A stretch of DNA of 64,000 nucleotides from Gammaproteobacteria bacterium (GTDB lineage: Bacteria > Pseudomonadota > Gammaproteobacteria > SZUA-152). The stretch's first letter is position 1. Each line of letters starts with the position of its first letter. Of the stretch, positions 9,598 to 19,045 are shown piece by piece. The DNA lies in the NCBI GenBank assembly GCA_032250735.1, contig JAVVEP010000005.1:91602-155601 (forward strand), given 5' to 3'. The translations under genes and the position numbers were made by a program. The notes below the pieces were generated by a model. It made no database searches, was not told the DNA's origin, and was given only the letters and a program-made list of their open reading frames with translations.

Positions 9598-9672
9598 TTT
9601 TTTATGTCTGTTCACCATTGCTCATGGCAACGCCCTGGTTCGTCTCGGTGGTGAACCCCTGTTGCACCCGGC

Positions 9673-10296
9673 GTGAAGCAAAACGCCGCTAGCCCCACTC
9701 TGCGTCAGTCGCTGCGACAGGGTCGTCGCGCAATGGATGCACGAGAACATGCCCGACGCAGTGCAAAGGCCGGCTTCCATCTCACCCGCCATCGGCTGTT
9801 TCAGTCGGCCCGGCATATCGCCGCCTACCTGCCCAACGACGCAGAGCTGGATCCCACCGGCATCATGCTCAAGGCCTGGGAGATGGGTAAGACGGTATAC
9901 CTGCCGGTGCTCAGCCGCCATCACCACAATCATCTCCACTTCCTGCCCTACGCGCCCGGCGACAAACTGCTGCCCAATCGATTTGGCATCCCCGAACCGG
10001 TGAGCCGTGGGCGGCGCATGGTCAGGCTCCAGCGGCTGGATCTGGTATTAACGCCCCTGGTGGGTTTTGATGCGCAGGGAAATCGGCTGGGCATGGGCGG
10101 TGGATTTTATGATCGCAGTTTTGCCTTTTTGCGCCGGCGGCAAGCCTGGCGCAAACCTCGTCTGCTGGGTCTGGCCTTTGATCGGCAGAAGGTGGCTCCG
10201 CCCTCCGGTCTGACACGCCAGCCGTGGGACGTGCCGCTGGACGGCGTGGTGACCGAGTCGGGGTTGAGCCTGTTTAAAAGCAGTGGGCAGGGATGA
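9673..10296 (+). CDS. ygfA: 5-formyltetrahydrofolate cyclo-ligase (YgfA family)
   Basis: 207-aa ORF with the MTHFS family motif (GMGGGFYDR). Conserved position downstream of the 6S RNA. Confidence 0.75.
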   Translation: MKQNAASPTLRQSLRQGRRAMDAREHARRSAKAGFHLTRHRLFQSARHIAAYLPNDAELDPTGIMLKAWEMGKTVYLPVLSRHHHNHLHFLPYAPGDKLLPNRFGIPEPVSRGRRMVRLQRLDLVLTPLVGFDAQGNRLGMGGGFYDRSFAFLRRRQAWRKPRLLGLAFDRQKVAPPSGLTRQPWDVPLDGVVTESGLSLFKSSGQG

Positions 10297-10392
10297 TGTT
10301 GTCGCGGGACGTGTGCGGGCTACGTTACGGGACTGTGTTACGGGGCTCTGATCGACGGTGAAGAGAAGGCTGTGCCGCTGGCTTTGAGCAAA

Positions 10393-10440
10393 AAAAACGG
10401 CGGCCCCTTTCCCTTGTTATGAGGGAAAGGGGCCGCCGTT
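10393..10440. terminator. Bidirectional rho-independent terminator (16-bp perfect stem)
   Basis: aaaaaaaacggcggcccctttccc-ttgttatga-gggaaaggggccgccgtt, placed between the convergent ygfA and DUF1501-like genes. Confidence 0.75.
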
Positions 10441-10472
10441 GTTATGTGGGAAAGGAAACGGAAATCGGTTGC

Positions 10473-12116
10473 TTACAAGACCGAGCCGAAGGCGGTAAGG
10501 CTGTCACGCATCGCGGCATTACCGAGACTGTCGCCGAACAGGCTGCCAAACAGGGCCTCTTCGCCGTTCAGGGCAAGGTAGTTCAGTAACACCGTATCCA
10601 CCAGCAGGTTGACGTTGTTGGCCGCCGGACTGGACGAGGTCACCACCGAGCCTCCGTCATTGAACCAGCCGATTTGCGCGCCGGTGGCGATGGCGCTGTC
10701 ACTGAAGTGGGTGGCCCGGCCATTGGGGCTGAAGACCAGGAAGAAGCCGGCCGCCGTGGAGGAATTGTCACCCGTCCATACACCCTTGCCGCGGCCGTTC
10801 ACGCTGCCATCAATGGCGCCGTTACTGGCCAGTGAGCCATCACTGAAGACGTAGATCATCACCGGGCTATCCATGCGCCGCGCATATTCCAGGCAGGCAC
10901 CGATGCAGCGGCCGGCACGCAGATCGCGCACCTCGCCGGTAGCGCGGTCACCGGTATGGTAATCAAACCCTCCCATCTGGATAGTGCCGGCGCCGGCATG
11001 ACCGTCGATGACCATCTTCATCACCGAGGCGGTCTTGCGGAATTCGGCGTCACCATCGAACTCGGCCTCGGTGAAGATACCGCCAGCATCATTGACGATA
11101 ATTCGGTCAGCTGGAAGGATGGCATTCCGGTCATCGGGGCTGATCTCTTTGCCGACAAAGCGGTCGGCGATATCGGCGGCCTTGATGTAGCCGCAGTTCA
11201 GAAGATCCTGAATGACGGTGGAGGCATTGATGTTGGCCGTCTTTCTCTCGCTGAGGCGCACCACGGATTCCATCACCGCCTTGACGTCACTCGGGTCGCT
11301 GAGCACGGCGGTGAGATCGCCGGTATCAACCAGGCCAGTCACGTCGGATGGACGATCGACTTTGGTGGGGCGAATTTCAGCGGCTTTAAACAGAGGGTCG
11401 GTGAGGTGAGCGGCAGGCGCCATGGAGTTACCACCCGATTCGGAATTGCGGGAGCCTACCAGAGTGACGATGTCGCCACCGGCGCCGGCCCTGGCGATGC
11501 CGTACATGGGGTTGTGCGGATTGTTGCCGGTATCGTTGTCGGAGCGGGCCGGAATCACGGCGCCGTTCACCTTCGGGGCGGTCAGGGCCAGGTCGACCTT
11601 GTCGAGGATGCCGCGCAGATAGGCGCTGTCGGCGTGGAACGGCAGGCCCAGGGTGGTGTCGGTGTAGTCGCCATTGCTGGTGCCGGTGACCGAGAAGCCG
11701 GCGGGTTCGACACCGCCCGGCACCATATCACCCGGCACCCCCATCTTGCTGTAGCCCGCGGTGCTGAGCGGGGAGTTGATGTAGCCGTTTTGTCCGCCGA
11801 CCAGGACGTTGGAACCCACCATGTTGGCGCCGCCGGCCAGGTCAAAACAGATGAAGGGAATCTTGCCGGCCAGGGCGGAGCCGAGGGGGCAGCCGCTGTT
11901 GGCGGCAAGGGTTTGCAGGTCCGCGGAGAGGGCCGCCCGCGCCAGACGCGGATTGGCAAACAGGCTGAACAGGGAGCCGCCGATGGTGAGACCGGTGCCG
12001 GTAATGAAGCCCTGACGCAGGAAGTCGCGCCGGGTCACCGGGCGGCCGTGATCCAGATGGAACAGGGGCGCATCGGCGGAGAGCGCTTGGCGTCGTGTCG
12101 TTGTGCGTTTTGCCAT
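10473..12116 (-). CDS. Tat-exported DUF1501-like (sulfatase/phosphatase-superfamily-like) protein
   Basis: 547 aa with a twin-arginine motif (TRRDFLRQGFITGTG) and a GGFDYHTGD motif reminiscent of DUF1501. Last gene of a three-gene operon. Confidence 0.55.
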   Translation of the reverse strand: MAKRTTTRRQALSADAPLFHLDHGRPVTRRDFLRQGFITGTGLTIGGSLFSLFANPRLARAALSADLQTLAANSGCPLGSALAGKIPFICFDLAGGANMVGSNVLVGGQNGYINSPLSTAGYSKMGVPGDMVPGGVEPAGFSVTGTSNGDYTDTTLGLPFHADSAYLRGILDKVDLALTAPKVNGAVIPARSDNDTGNNPHNPMYGIARAGAGGDIVTLVGSRNSESGGNSMAPAAHLTDPLFKAAEIRPTKVDRPSDVTGLVDTGDLTAVLSDPSDVKAVMESVVRLSERKTANINASTVIQDLLNCGYIKAADIADRFVGKEISPDDRNAILPADRIIVNDAGGIFTEAEFDGDAEFRKTASVMKMVIDGHAGAGTIQMGGFDYHTGDRATGEVRDLRAGRCIGACLEYARRMDSPVMIYVFSDGSLASNGAIDGSVNGRGKGVWTGDNSSTAAGFFLVFSPNGRATHFSDSAIATGAQIGWFNDGGSVVTSSSPAANNVNLLVDTVLLNYLALNGEEALFGSLFGDSLGNAAMRDSLTAFGSVL

Positions 12117-12150
12117 GGTCTTGTCCTCGGTAAATCTCTTGTAGTCCGAA

Positions 12151-14988
12151 TTATTGAATCAGCATGCCGGCACTGCCCAACACGGCGGTACACAGGGCCT
12201 TGGTGACGGCGCGGGTGCGGGCTGCATCTGTGACACATGCAGGAGTAGTCGCGGCGGCACAGTTGCTGGCCAAAATATCAAATAGGTTGTTGCCACCGGG
12301 GCCGATCAGTTGCAGTTTGATGTCCGCACGGCTGGGCATGTCGATCAGTGTCGCATTGCCGTTACCGGCATCGGGGTAGCCCAGCATCCGGTCGTATAGG
12401 GCATCGACGATCTGGTTTTTCGCCGCCGAATCGCCGCTGCCGAAGGCGGTTGCCATGTCGCTGGTGAAGTCAAAGCTGCCGAAGAAGTTGGCGCGCAGGC
12501 TGGCGTCTTCCACCAGCGCATCACAGTAGGCGATGGCCAGCTGGGCGACCGCCATCTGATGGGCCGAGAGGAAACCCGCGGCCATCTCCACCGACGGCAG
12601 CTGCTGTTTGATGCCGCTGATAATGCCGGTAGCGGGATCCTGCCTGACGTAGGTTTCCAGAACGTTGGAGAAGGCCGGCAGATAGGGGTCGACACCGGTC
12701 ATCGCGCCCATGGAGGCCAGGATCTCCTCAAAGGTGCGCAGGCCGATCTCGGGTTGCGGGTCGCCATCCTGTGGATTGCTGACGCAGGTCATGTTGATGC
12801 CGCAGACGCTCGGGGTGCGGGTGTTCTGGTTGCCGTTGATGTCCTCGAAGGTCAGGAAGAACTCGTCGCTATCCGCCCCCTTTTCCAGCGCGATGATGGT
12901 GCCCAGCCGGGTCAGCAACTGACCGGTGCTGGTGTAGTCCGTGGTGTTGATGGTGGTGTCGAGATTGGTATAGGCCTGACCCACCGCGGGTTCCTTGCCA
13001 TTGAGGCCGATGCGCAGGCCCTTGATCACCGTGTCGCTCGGCACGAAGGCGGGGTTCAGGCTGATGAAGGTGGGCCGGTCGAACAGGTAGCTGTAGCTGT
13101 CGAACTGGCTGACCACAAAATAGACGAAGCACTGGTGCACCCCGGCCACGATACAATCGGAAGCGTTCATCTGTTCGCTGACGCTGAACAGGACGAAGAA
13201 TTTCTCGCCCACCCCGGCATCGAAGTTTTGCGTGATCTGTGTCGGGGTCATGGCGCGATCATGGATGGCGACCAGCCGCAGTTTGCCCGCCCAGGGCCGG
13301 TTGTTGGAGGCCTCATTACCGAGGATGAAGGCGAAGGTGTTATCCCAGTTGGAGAGGCTGCCTGCCGGCATCACCGGGTCGGTGCTACCCGCATCGGCAC
13401 CGACGGTGGAGACATCCACGCCGTTGACATAGACCTTGCGGCCGGTGGCGGGGCTGAAGGTGACCACTACGTGTTGTTGGGTGGCCTGTAGGTCTTCGTC
13501 GCCGTCGTCGGTCAACAGGGCGGCCTCGCCGTTGTCATCGGTGGACGTGGAGCGGTTCATAAAGGAGTAGCGGTATTCGGCCTGCCCCAGGGTGAAATTG
13601 CGTTCATCCGGACCGGCCGAGTAGCTGATGATGCGGGCAGGATCGTCGGCGTCGCCCTGGGTGACATTGGCGGGCACCACCCAGGCCTCGATGGAATACT
13701 CACCACTTGCTGTTATGTAGTCGCGCAGCTTGGCGCTGGCCTGGGTGGTGCCCTGCGCCTTGCCGGCGGGGGTGACGAATTCAATGCCCCAGCCGCCGAC
13801 CCATTTGTAGTCGACATCTTCGGTGCCATACAGGTCGAGATCCAGTTGGGTGCCGACACCGCTGGTGTCGCGAATGGTGCGCTCGCCTGGACCGTCCTTG
13901 AATTTGTACAGCGCGATGGTGCTGGAGTCATCGCGGACGCCACCACTGGCGATCTGGCCGTCGGTGATATTCATGGCCTTGCTGAGTTGCCAGTCAGGGT
14001 CCACTGCGCTTAGAGAAATGGTGCCGGCAAAGGCGGTGATGGCGGCTTCCATTGCATCGGCGGAATCTGTGCAATTGGTGTCGCCGGTAGCAAGGGGATC
14101 CCAGCAGTTATGGAACTCCTCGCGCAGCCGCACTACCAGCCGGGAGTTGGCTGGGATATCGAGATTGATTTTCTGGCTGCTGAGGATGGCGGCATAGGCC
14201 GCGTCCACATCGCCCTCGGCAAAGAAGGGGGCCTGGGGGATGGGGGCCGACTCGCGATGGCAGTTGGCGCAGTTGGCGGTCAGCAGTGGCCATACGGTGC
14301 TGCTGAAGCTACCCGGTGCCGCTGGCAGGGTCTTGCTCGAACCCGCGTCCTTGATGGTGGGGACTTCCAGTACGATCTCATTGCTGGTGCCGCTACCGCC
14401 GCCGGTAGTACCGCCGCTCAACCAGTTGTTGATATAGCCTTCTACTGTGGTTGCGAGGGCTTCGCAGGCGGTGGTGTTGCCGCAGTTGTGACCATTGCTG
14501 ATCTTGCTAAGAATAGTGGAGCTGGCGATGTCGGCTTCATTGACAAGACCGGCGTTGATCATTTGCCCATAGGCCTTGTTGACATCGGCGCTATCCATGA
14601 ACAAAGGGCTTACGTTGCCGGTTTCCGAGTTGTGGCAGTTGGCGCACTGACTGACGCTGGGCATCTTGTCCCAGAACTCCACCTTGAAGCTGCAGGCGTC
14701 GGCAATGGTGTCGGGATCGGTGGCGCCGGTGCCGCAGGCCGGACCGGTATAGCTGAGTGTCGAGCCTCCGCCACTGCCGGTGTTGACGGTGGACTCGGTG
14801 GGCACGCTGTCGCAGGCGGCAAGGGTCAGGCTGAGCAGGGCGATGGGCAGCAGGGTGGATAGCCATGCAGGCAGGCATGAGTGCAGCCGGGACGGCATCC
14901 CTGTCAGCAGGGGATGGCGTTGATGGTCGGTGTTGAGGCGGCTTGGCTTGTTCATCGCAATGCTCCAAAAAAACTTTTTATAGTCCAA
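12151..14988 (-). CDS. Secreted lipoprotein with two N-terminal c-type haem-binding motifs and a LamG-like domain (PSCyt/PSD-like)
   Basis: 945 aa with a signal peptide and lipobox-like LTLAAC, then CANCH at two sites in the first ~260 aa, and a LamG/concanavalin-like block (PWAGKLRLVAIHDRAMT). Confidence 0.55.
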   Translation of the reverse strand: MDYKKFFWSIAMNKPSRLNTDHQRHPLLTGMPSRLHSCLPAWLSTLLPIALLSLTLAACDSVPTESTVNTGSGGGSTLSYTGPACGTGATDPDTIADACSFKVEFWDKMPSVSQCANCHNSETGNVSPLFMDSADVNKAYGQMINAGLVNEADIASSTILSKISNGHNCGNTTACEALATTVEGYINNWLSGGTTGGGSGTSNEIVLEVPTIKDAGSSKTLPAAPGSFSSTVWPLLTANCANCHRESAPIPQAPFFAEGDVDAAYAAILSSQKINLDIPANSRLVVRLREEFHNCWDPLATGDTNCTDSADAMEAAITAFAGTISLSAVDPDWQLSKAMNITDGQIASGGVRDDSSTIALYKFKDGPGERTIRDTSGVGTQLDLDLYGTEDVDYKWVGGWGIEFVTPAGKAQGTTQASAKLRDYITASGEYSIEAWVVPANVTQGDADDPARIISYSAGPDERNFTLGQAEYRYSFMNRSTSTDDNGEAALLTDDGDEDLQATQQHVVVTFSPATGRKVYVNGVDVSTVGADAGSTDPVMPAGSLSNWDNTFAFILGNEASNNRPWAGKLRLVAIHDRAMTPTQITQNFDAGVGEKFFVLFSVSEQMNASDCIVAGVHQCFVYFVVSQFDSYSYLFDRPTFISLNPAFVPSDTVIKGLRIGLNGKEPAVGQAYTNLDTTINTTDYTSTGQLLTRLGTIIALEKGADSDEFFLTFEDINGNQNTRTPSVCGINMTCVSNPQDGDPQPEIGLRTFEEILASMGAMTGVDPYLPAFSNVLETYVRQDPATGIISGIKQQLPSVEMAAGFLSAHQMAVAQLAIAYCDALVEDASLRANFFGSFDFTSDMATAFGSGDSAAKNQIVDALYDRMLGYPDAGNGNATLIDMPSRADIKLQLIGPGGNNLFDILASNCAAATTPACVTDAARTRAVTKALCTAVLGSAGMLIQ

Positions 14989-15018
14989 CTATGAGTAGGT
15001 GATTATGCGGTGTTCCGT

Positions 15019-16248
15019 TCAACTGCCTTTGCAGTACACGGCGCTGTCGGCAAACACCTGTTTCAATTTGTAGGTGCTGGACTTGAAGGTGGTGGTCATG
15101 GCGTCGATCTGGCTGCGGTCGGTGGCGTCCACCGGTGCGCGCAGGCACACGGCCTTGAATACTTTTTCGACCTGGCAGCGGGCGAAGGCCTCGCTGTGGG
15201 CCAGTTCCTTACCCATGGAGGAGGCGCCGCTGCCGCTGCCGGTTAAGGCCGAATCCCAGCCCAGCGCACTGTTGCTGCCGGCGCGCCAGTAGTTATCCCA
15301 GTTATCGTTAGGGGTGATGTAGCCGTATTCAAAGTTGTTGGCGTTGATGAGGTATTTCCCCTGCACCGTATCGGCGGTATAGACCATGTGTCCGGCATCG
15401 TAGTCCGGGTCACCGTTGCCATCTACAGGGTATTCATAGTTGTAATAGGCGAAGGCCTGGGTCAGGGGATCCATGCCGTTGTGGCAGCCGATGCAGGCGT
15501 TCATGTAGATGCGGCTGTCGCCACCCGGGCTGCGCGACACGTCCTGACGGATGCGGTCCGGGGTATAGCTGGTGTCTTTCAGCTGTTCCAGATCATTACA
15601 GAGGTGATTGAGCAGGGTGAAGCGGAACATGGCGCGATTGGTGCCGTCCACGAAGAAGGCCTTGGCCGCGGCGCGGGTGGTCATCACCCCTGCGGCGGCG
15701 CCAACCGGCAGACTCATGGCGGCCGTCTGGGTGGTTTCGGTCAATACCGCCTGCAGATCGGCACCGCTGTCTTCCAGGGCCTGATAGTGAGCGTTACTGG
15801 TAGTGAGGTTGGAAGGGGCTGGGCCGGTATAGAGGATGTCGTCCCACAGGATGCGGCGGAAGTCATGATTGTCGCGCACGATGCCGATCACCGTCGCGGT
15901 GTAGTCATTGAGTGGCGCAAACACGGTCTGTTCTTCGTTGGTCCAGGGGGTGACGAAATTTTTCAGCGTGACCCGATAGAACTCCTGGCCGACACAGTTA
16001 TCACCAGCACCATCATCGGTGATGGCGTCCATCGCCGCGGCGCCGGCACTGACGGTAGTGAGCTTGTTTTGCAGCTGATCCAGGCAGGCGGTGCTGGGTG
16101 GGGTGCCCACCAGCCGGTCATGTATGCGTTTGGCCTGTTCGCGGTCGCCGGCCAGGGCCGGGCCAAGCAGCGCCATCGATAGCAGCAGGGCGAGCGCAGG
16201 GCTGACGCTGGAAGGTGAGAGGCGGTGTGCAAAGGTCTTGGTACTCAT
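15019..16248 (-). CDS. Secreted mono-haem (CxxCH) protein of unknown function
   Basis: 409 aa with a signal peptide and a single CIGCH motif in the C-terminal half. First gene of the operon, 31 nt upstream of the 945-aa gene. Confidence 0.5.
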   Translation of the reverse strand: MSTKTFAHRLSPSSVSPALALLLSMALLGPALAGDREQAKRIHDRLVGTPPSTACLDQLQNKLTTVSAGAAAMDAITDDGAGDNCVGQEFYRVTLKNFVTPWTNEEQTVFAPLNDYTATVIGIVRDNHDFRRILWDDILYTGPAPSNLTTSNAHYQALEDSGADLQAVLTETTQTAAMSLPVGAAAGVMTTRAAAKAFFVDGTNRAMFRFTLLNHLCNDLEQLKDTSYTPDRIRQDVSRSPGGDSRIYMNACIGCHNGMDPLTQAFAYYNYEYPVDGNGDPDYDAGHMVYTADTVQGKYLINANNFEYGYITPNDNWDNYWRAGSNSALGWDSALTGSGSGASSMGKELAHSEAFARCQVEKVFKAVCLRAPVDATDRSQIDAMTTTFKSSTYKLKQVFADSAVYCKGS

Positions 16249-16754
16249 GTTCGGTATCCTTGTTCTCGCGGGCCGGTATCTTGGTGTCGGCCAGTCCTGC
16301 GTTTAGTTATGTGGTGAATCGCACAGTCTGGAGATTCACCGGGTTTCGGTTCGCCGCACGGTGTCGTTATGATGCTCCGGAAAAACTACCCTGTATGCTG
16401 TGATGGTGGTCACAGAGCCTCTGCAATTCTTGCACGGGTTTGAGATGAATGCAGAGTTTGTTATTGATATTGCGCCCTTTTTTGATCACATGCGGATCTA
16501 TAACGTCTGGCGTGATGGCAAGGTTCCTTGGCGCTGTCGCTATTTCACTCTAGGTCTGTCAGCCTTCATATGAGCTGGCGTGAAGCCCATGGCCATCGGC
16601 TTTTCAGGGAAAGCCGTGGGGGAAATAGACGACCCGGTCACAGTCTGTCGTACATCCGGCAGGGGGCAGCACGGAGGATGAGCCGCAAAATGCAGTGATG
16701 CCGGATAAGCCGGCGCTCCCTTATCGGTTTCTGTTCTGTGGTTTGCCTCATGCC

Positions 16755-17915
16755 TTACCGGCGGAGTTTTTGGCTGATCGCCTCCAGATGCGGTTCGATC
16801 TGCCATTGTTGATGCTCGTTGCAAAAGGCCAGTAACGGCAGGATCTGTTCCATCATGGTGTCAATGTGCGGGCCGAGCTTTTCCGTGTCGCCGCGGGCCA
16901 GGATGCGCAGCGCGGCATCGATGCTGATCCGTTGCCGGGGCGCCGGGGCGCGCACGGCGGTCACCAGTCGGTTGCCGCCGGCGGCCTGCGCCCGGTCCAG
17001 ATAGGTCTCCGCCAGGGCGAGATAGTCTTCGATGCGCTCGGCGCTGTCGATTTTACGCTGGCTCAGGCCGAGGCTGACGGTCAGCGAGATCCGTCGTTCA
17101 CCCGGCTCCCCCAACTCACCCAGGGCAAGGGGGGTATCGGCAATCTGCTGACGAATGCGGTTACAGACATCGTCCGCCTCGCCACCGCCCAGGGTGGGGG
17201 CGAGGATCGCGAACCGCGCCTCACCGGCGCGCGCCAGGGTATCTTCCTGGCGGATCGCCTGGCCGAGGCTGGCGGCGATGGCGGTCAGGATCCGGTCGGT
17301 GACGGCGGCGGGGTGCTGGGCCTTCAGCTGGTCGAAGGCATCGATGCCGATCACCACCACGGCCAGATCCTGCTGGTGGCGGCGGGTAAAGGCCAGGTCC
17401 TGTTCGCCACGACGGAGGAGATAGCGCCGACTGCGCACCCCGGTGAGGGCATCGTCGGTGGCGTGCTCGATTAGCGCCTCGGAGGTCTCCGCCAGGTCGC
17501 GGCTGGTCTGATCCATGCGGGCCTGGGCGCGCACCCGCGCCAGCAGCTGGGCCTTGTCGAAAGGTTTGGTGATGAAATCCGTAGCGCCCAGTTCCAGGGC
17601 CTTTTGGCGGGCCGCGTCATCGTCGGCCGCAGTCACCATGTTGACGGGGATGTGGGCAATGCGGGCCGCGTCATGGGCGCGGATGCGGGCGATCAACCCG
17701 TAACCGTCGAGCCGGGGCATGCCCGCATCGGTCAGCACCACCTGAATCCGGGGGTCGGCCAGCAGCGCCTCCCAGCCGGCCTCGCCGTCTTCGGCCTCGA
17801 CGATGTCGAACTCCTCGCCCAGTACCTTGCGCAGCGATACGCGTACCACCTTGGAATCATCAATCACCAGCACCCGGGCCTGCGTTGGGCGGGTGGGGCT
17901 CTGCGGGTTCGACAT
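16755..17915 (-). CDS. Response regulator with a receiver domain and a degenerate GGDEF domain that retains the I-site
   Basis: The REC domain has the expected Asp pocket. The GGDEF-fold region has RQEDTLARAGEARF in place of RxxD...GGEEF. Start set at MSNPQ, which has an aaggag RBS. Confidence 0.7.
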   Translation of the reverse strand: MSNPQSPTRPTQARVLVIDDSKVVRVSLRKVLGEEFDIVEAEDGEAGWEALLADPRIQVVLTDAGMPRLDGYGLIARIRAHDAARIAHIPVNMVTAADDDAARQKALELGATDFITKPFDKAQLLARVRAQARMDQTSRDLAETSEALIEHATDDALTGVRSRRYLLRRGEQDLAFTRRHQQDLAVVVIGIDAFDQLKAQHPAAVTDRILTAIAASLGQAIRQEDTLARAGEARFAILAPTLGGGEADDVCNRIRQQIADTPLALGELGEPGERRISLTVSLGLSQRKIDSAERIEDYLALAETYLDRAQAAGGNRLVTAVRAPAPRQRISIDAALRILARGDTEKLGPHIDTMMEQILPLLAFCNEHQQWQIEPHLEAISQKLRR

Positions 17916-18393
17916 GTCTACTCCTTCGTTGGCCCGGCTCGGTTTCGGGATCGCGCGAGATCTGTGTTGCGGCAGCATGCCGCGGTTTTTCCTAATAGCG
18001 GCAGGAAGTCGAGGAGATTCAGCGGATTAGCACAAAAAGGCGGCGCAGGGCTGCGGGGCATCCATGCCCAGGCCTGGATCCTGGAGTCATTCAAGTTCAG
18101 GCAAATGGCTGTCGTTATTGAGACAAGCCGGGTATGGCATCGATAACGCCAGTTATCGTTGGTGCGGCCGGTATCCCGCCGGCGTGATGAGTCGGTGAGT
18201 CTGTGCCAGGCCGGGTTAAGGCACAAAAATTGCTGTATACGAAAGCAGCATCAGGGTTTCGCCGGTTTCGCCATTTTATTGACAGAAAAAACCGTGGGCG
18301 AATCAATACCCTGGCGCTGAAACCGAGAAAGAAAATTAACCGTAGCCGGGCCGCTGCCCGGGCTTAAGGATTGCCATAAGGCGTGATGCCCCC

Positions 18394-19029
18394 GTGATGA
18401 CACAACAGGTCAATTTGTTTCAGCCCCTGTTCCGCAAGGAGCGCAAGTTGCTGTCGTTCCGCGTGCTGTGGCAGGGCGGCGCGGCAGTTGGGGTGTTGCT
18501 GATGCTGATGTATGGCTGGGGCCTGCAACAGACCGCGCAGATGAGCGCCGAGCTAAAAAAACAGCAGGCCCAGCAGCAGCTGTTCAGCCGCCAGCTGGGC
18601 GAGGTGAGCGCCCGCCTGGCGGTGATGAGGACCGATACCGCCCCGCAGCGGCAGCTGGCCGAGCTGGAGCGCGAACTGGTGGCGCGTCAAAAAGTGGTCG
18701 ATGCCCTGACCCGTGTGCGTGACACCTATACCCAGGGGGTTTCGGCCTATCTGGACAGTTTTTCCCGTCAGGCCCCCCAGGGTGTCTGGCTGACCGGGTT
18801 TACCGTACAGGCCGGTGGCGAGGGGCTGGTGATTCGGGGCAGCTCGCTGCGGCCCGAGCTGGTACCGACCTTTCTGGAGCAACTGGCGACCGAGAGCACC
18901 CTGCTGGGCACCCAGTTTGGCCTGTTGCAGATCCAGCGCAGCAGCGCCGATGCCCAGGCCGTGGATTTCACGGTGACCACCGGCACCGAGGCGCCGGAGG
19001 CCAGCCGTCTGCTGGAGCTGACCCCGTGA
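18394..19029 (+). CDS. MSHA biogenesis protein, PilN-like (MshI C-terminal-type)
   Basis: 211 aa with a single N-terminal transmembrane segment and a coiled coil. First gene of the msh operon. Confidence 0.5.
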   Translation: MMTQQVNLFQPLFRKERKLLSFRVLWQGGAAVGVLLMLMYGWGLQQTAQMSAELKKQQAQQQLFSRQLGEVSARLAVMRTDTAPQRQLAELERELVARQKVVDALTRVRDTYTQGVSAYLDSFSRQAPQGVWLTGFTVQAGGEGLVIRGSSLRPELVPTFLEQLATESTLLGTQFGLLQIQRSSADAQAVDFTVTTGTEAPEASRLLELTP

Positions 19030-19045
19030 ACAGGGCAATAAGACA

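Noticed and set aside
10956-12206. 416-aa ORF on the plus strand
   Set aside because: It is antisense to the Tat/DUF1501-like gene and has a Gly/Ala/Val/Arg-rich composition typical of antisense frames in high-GC DNA. It has no RBS or motif.
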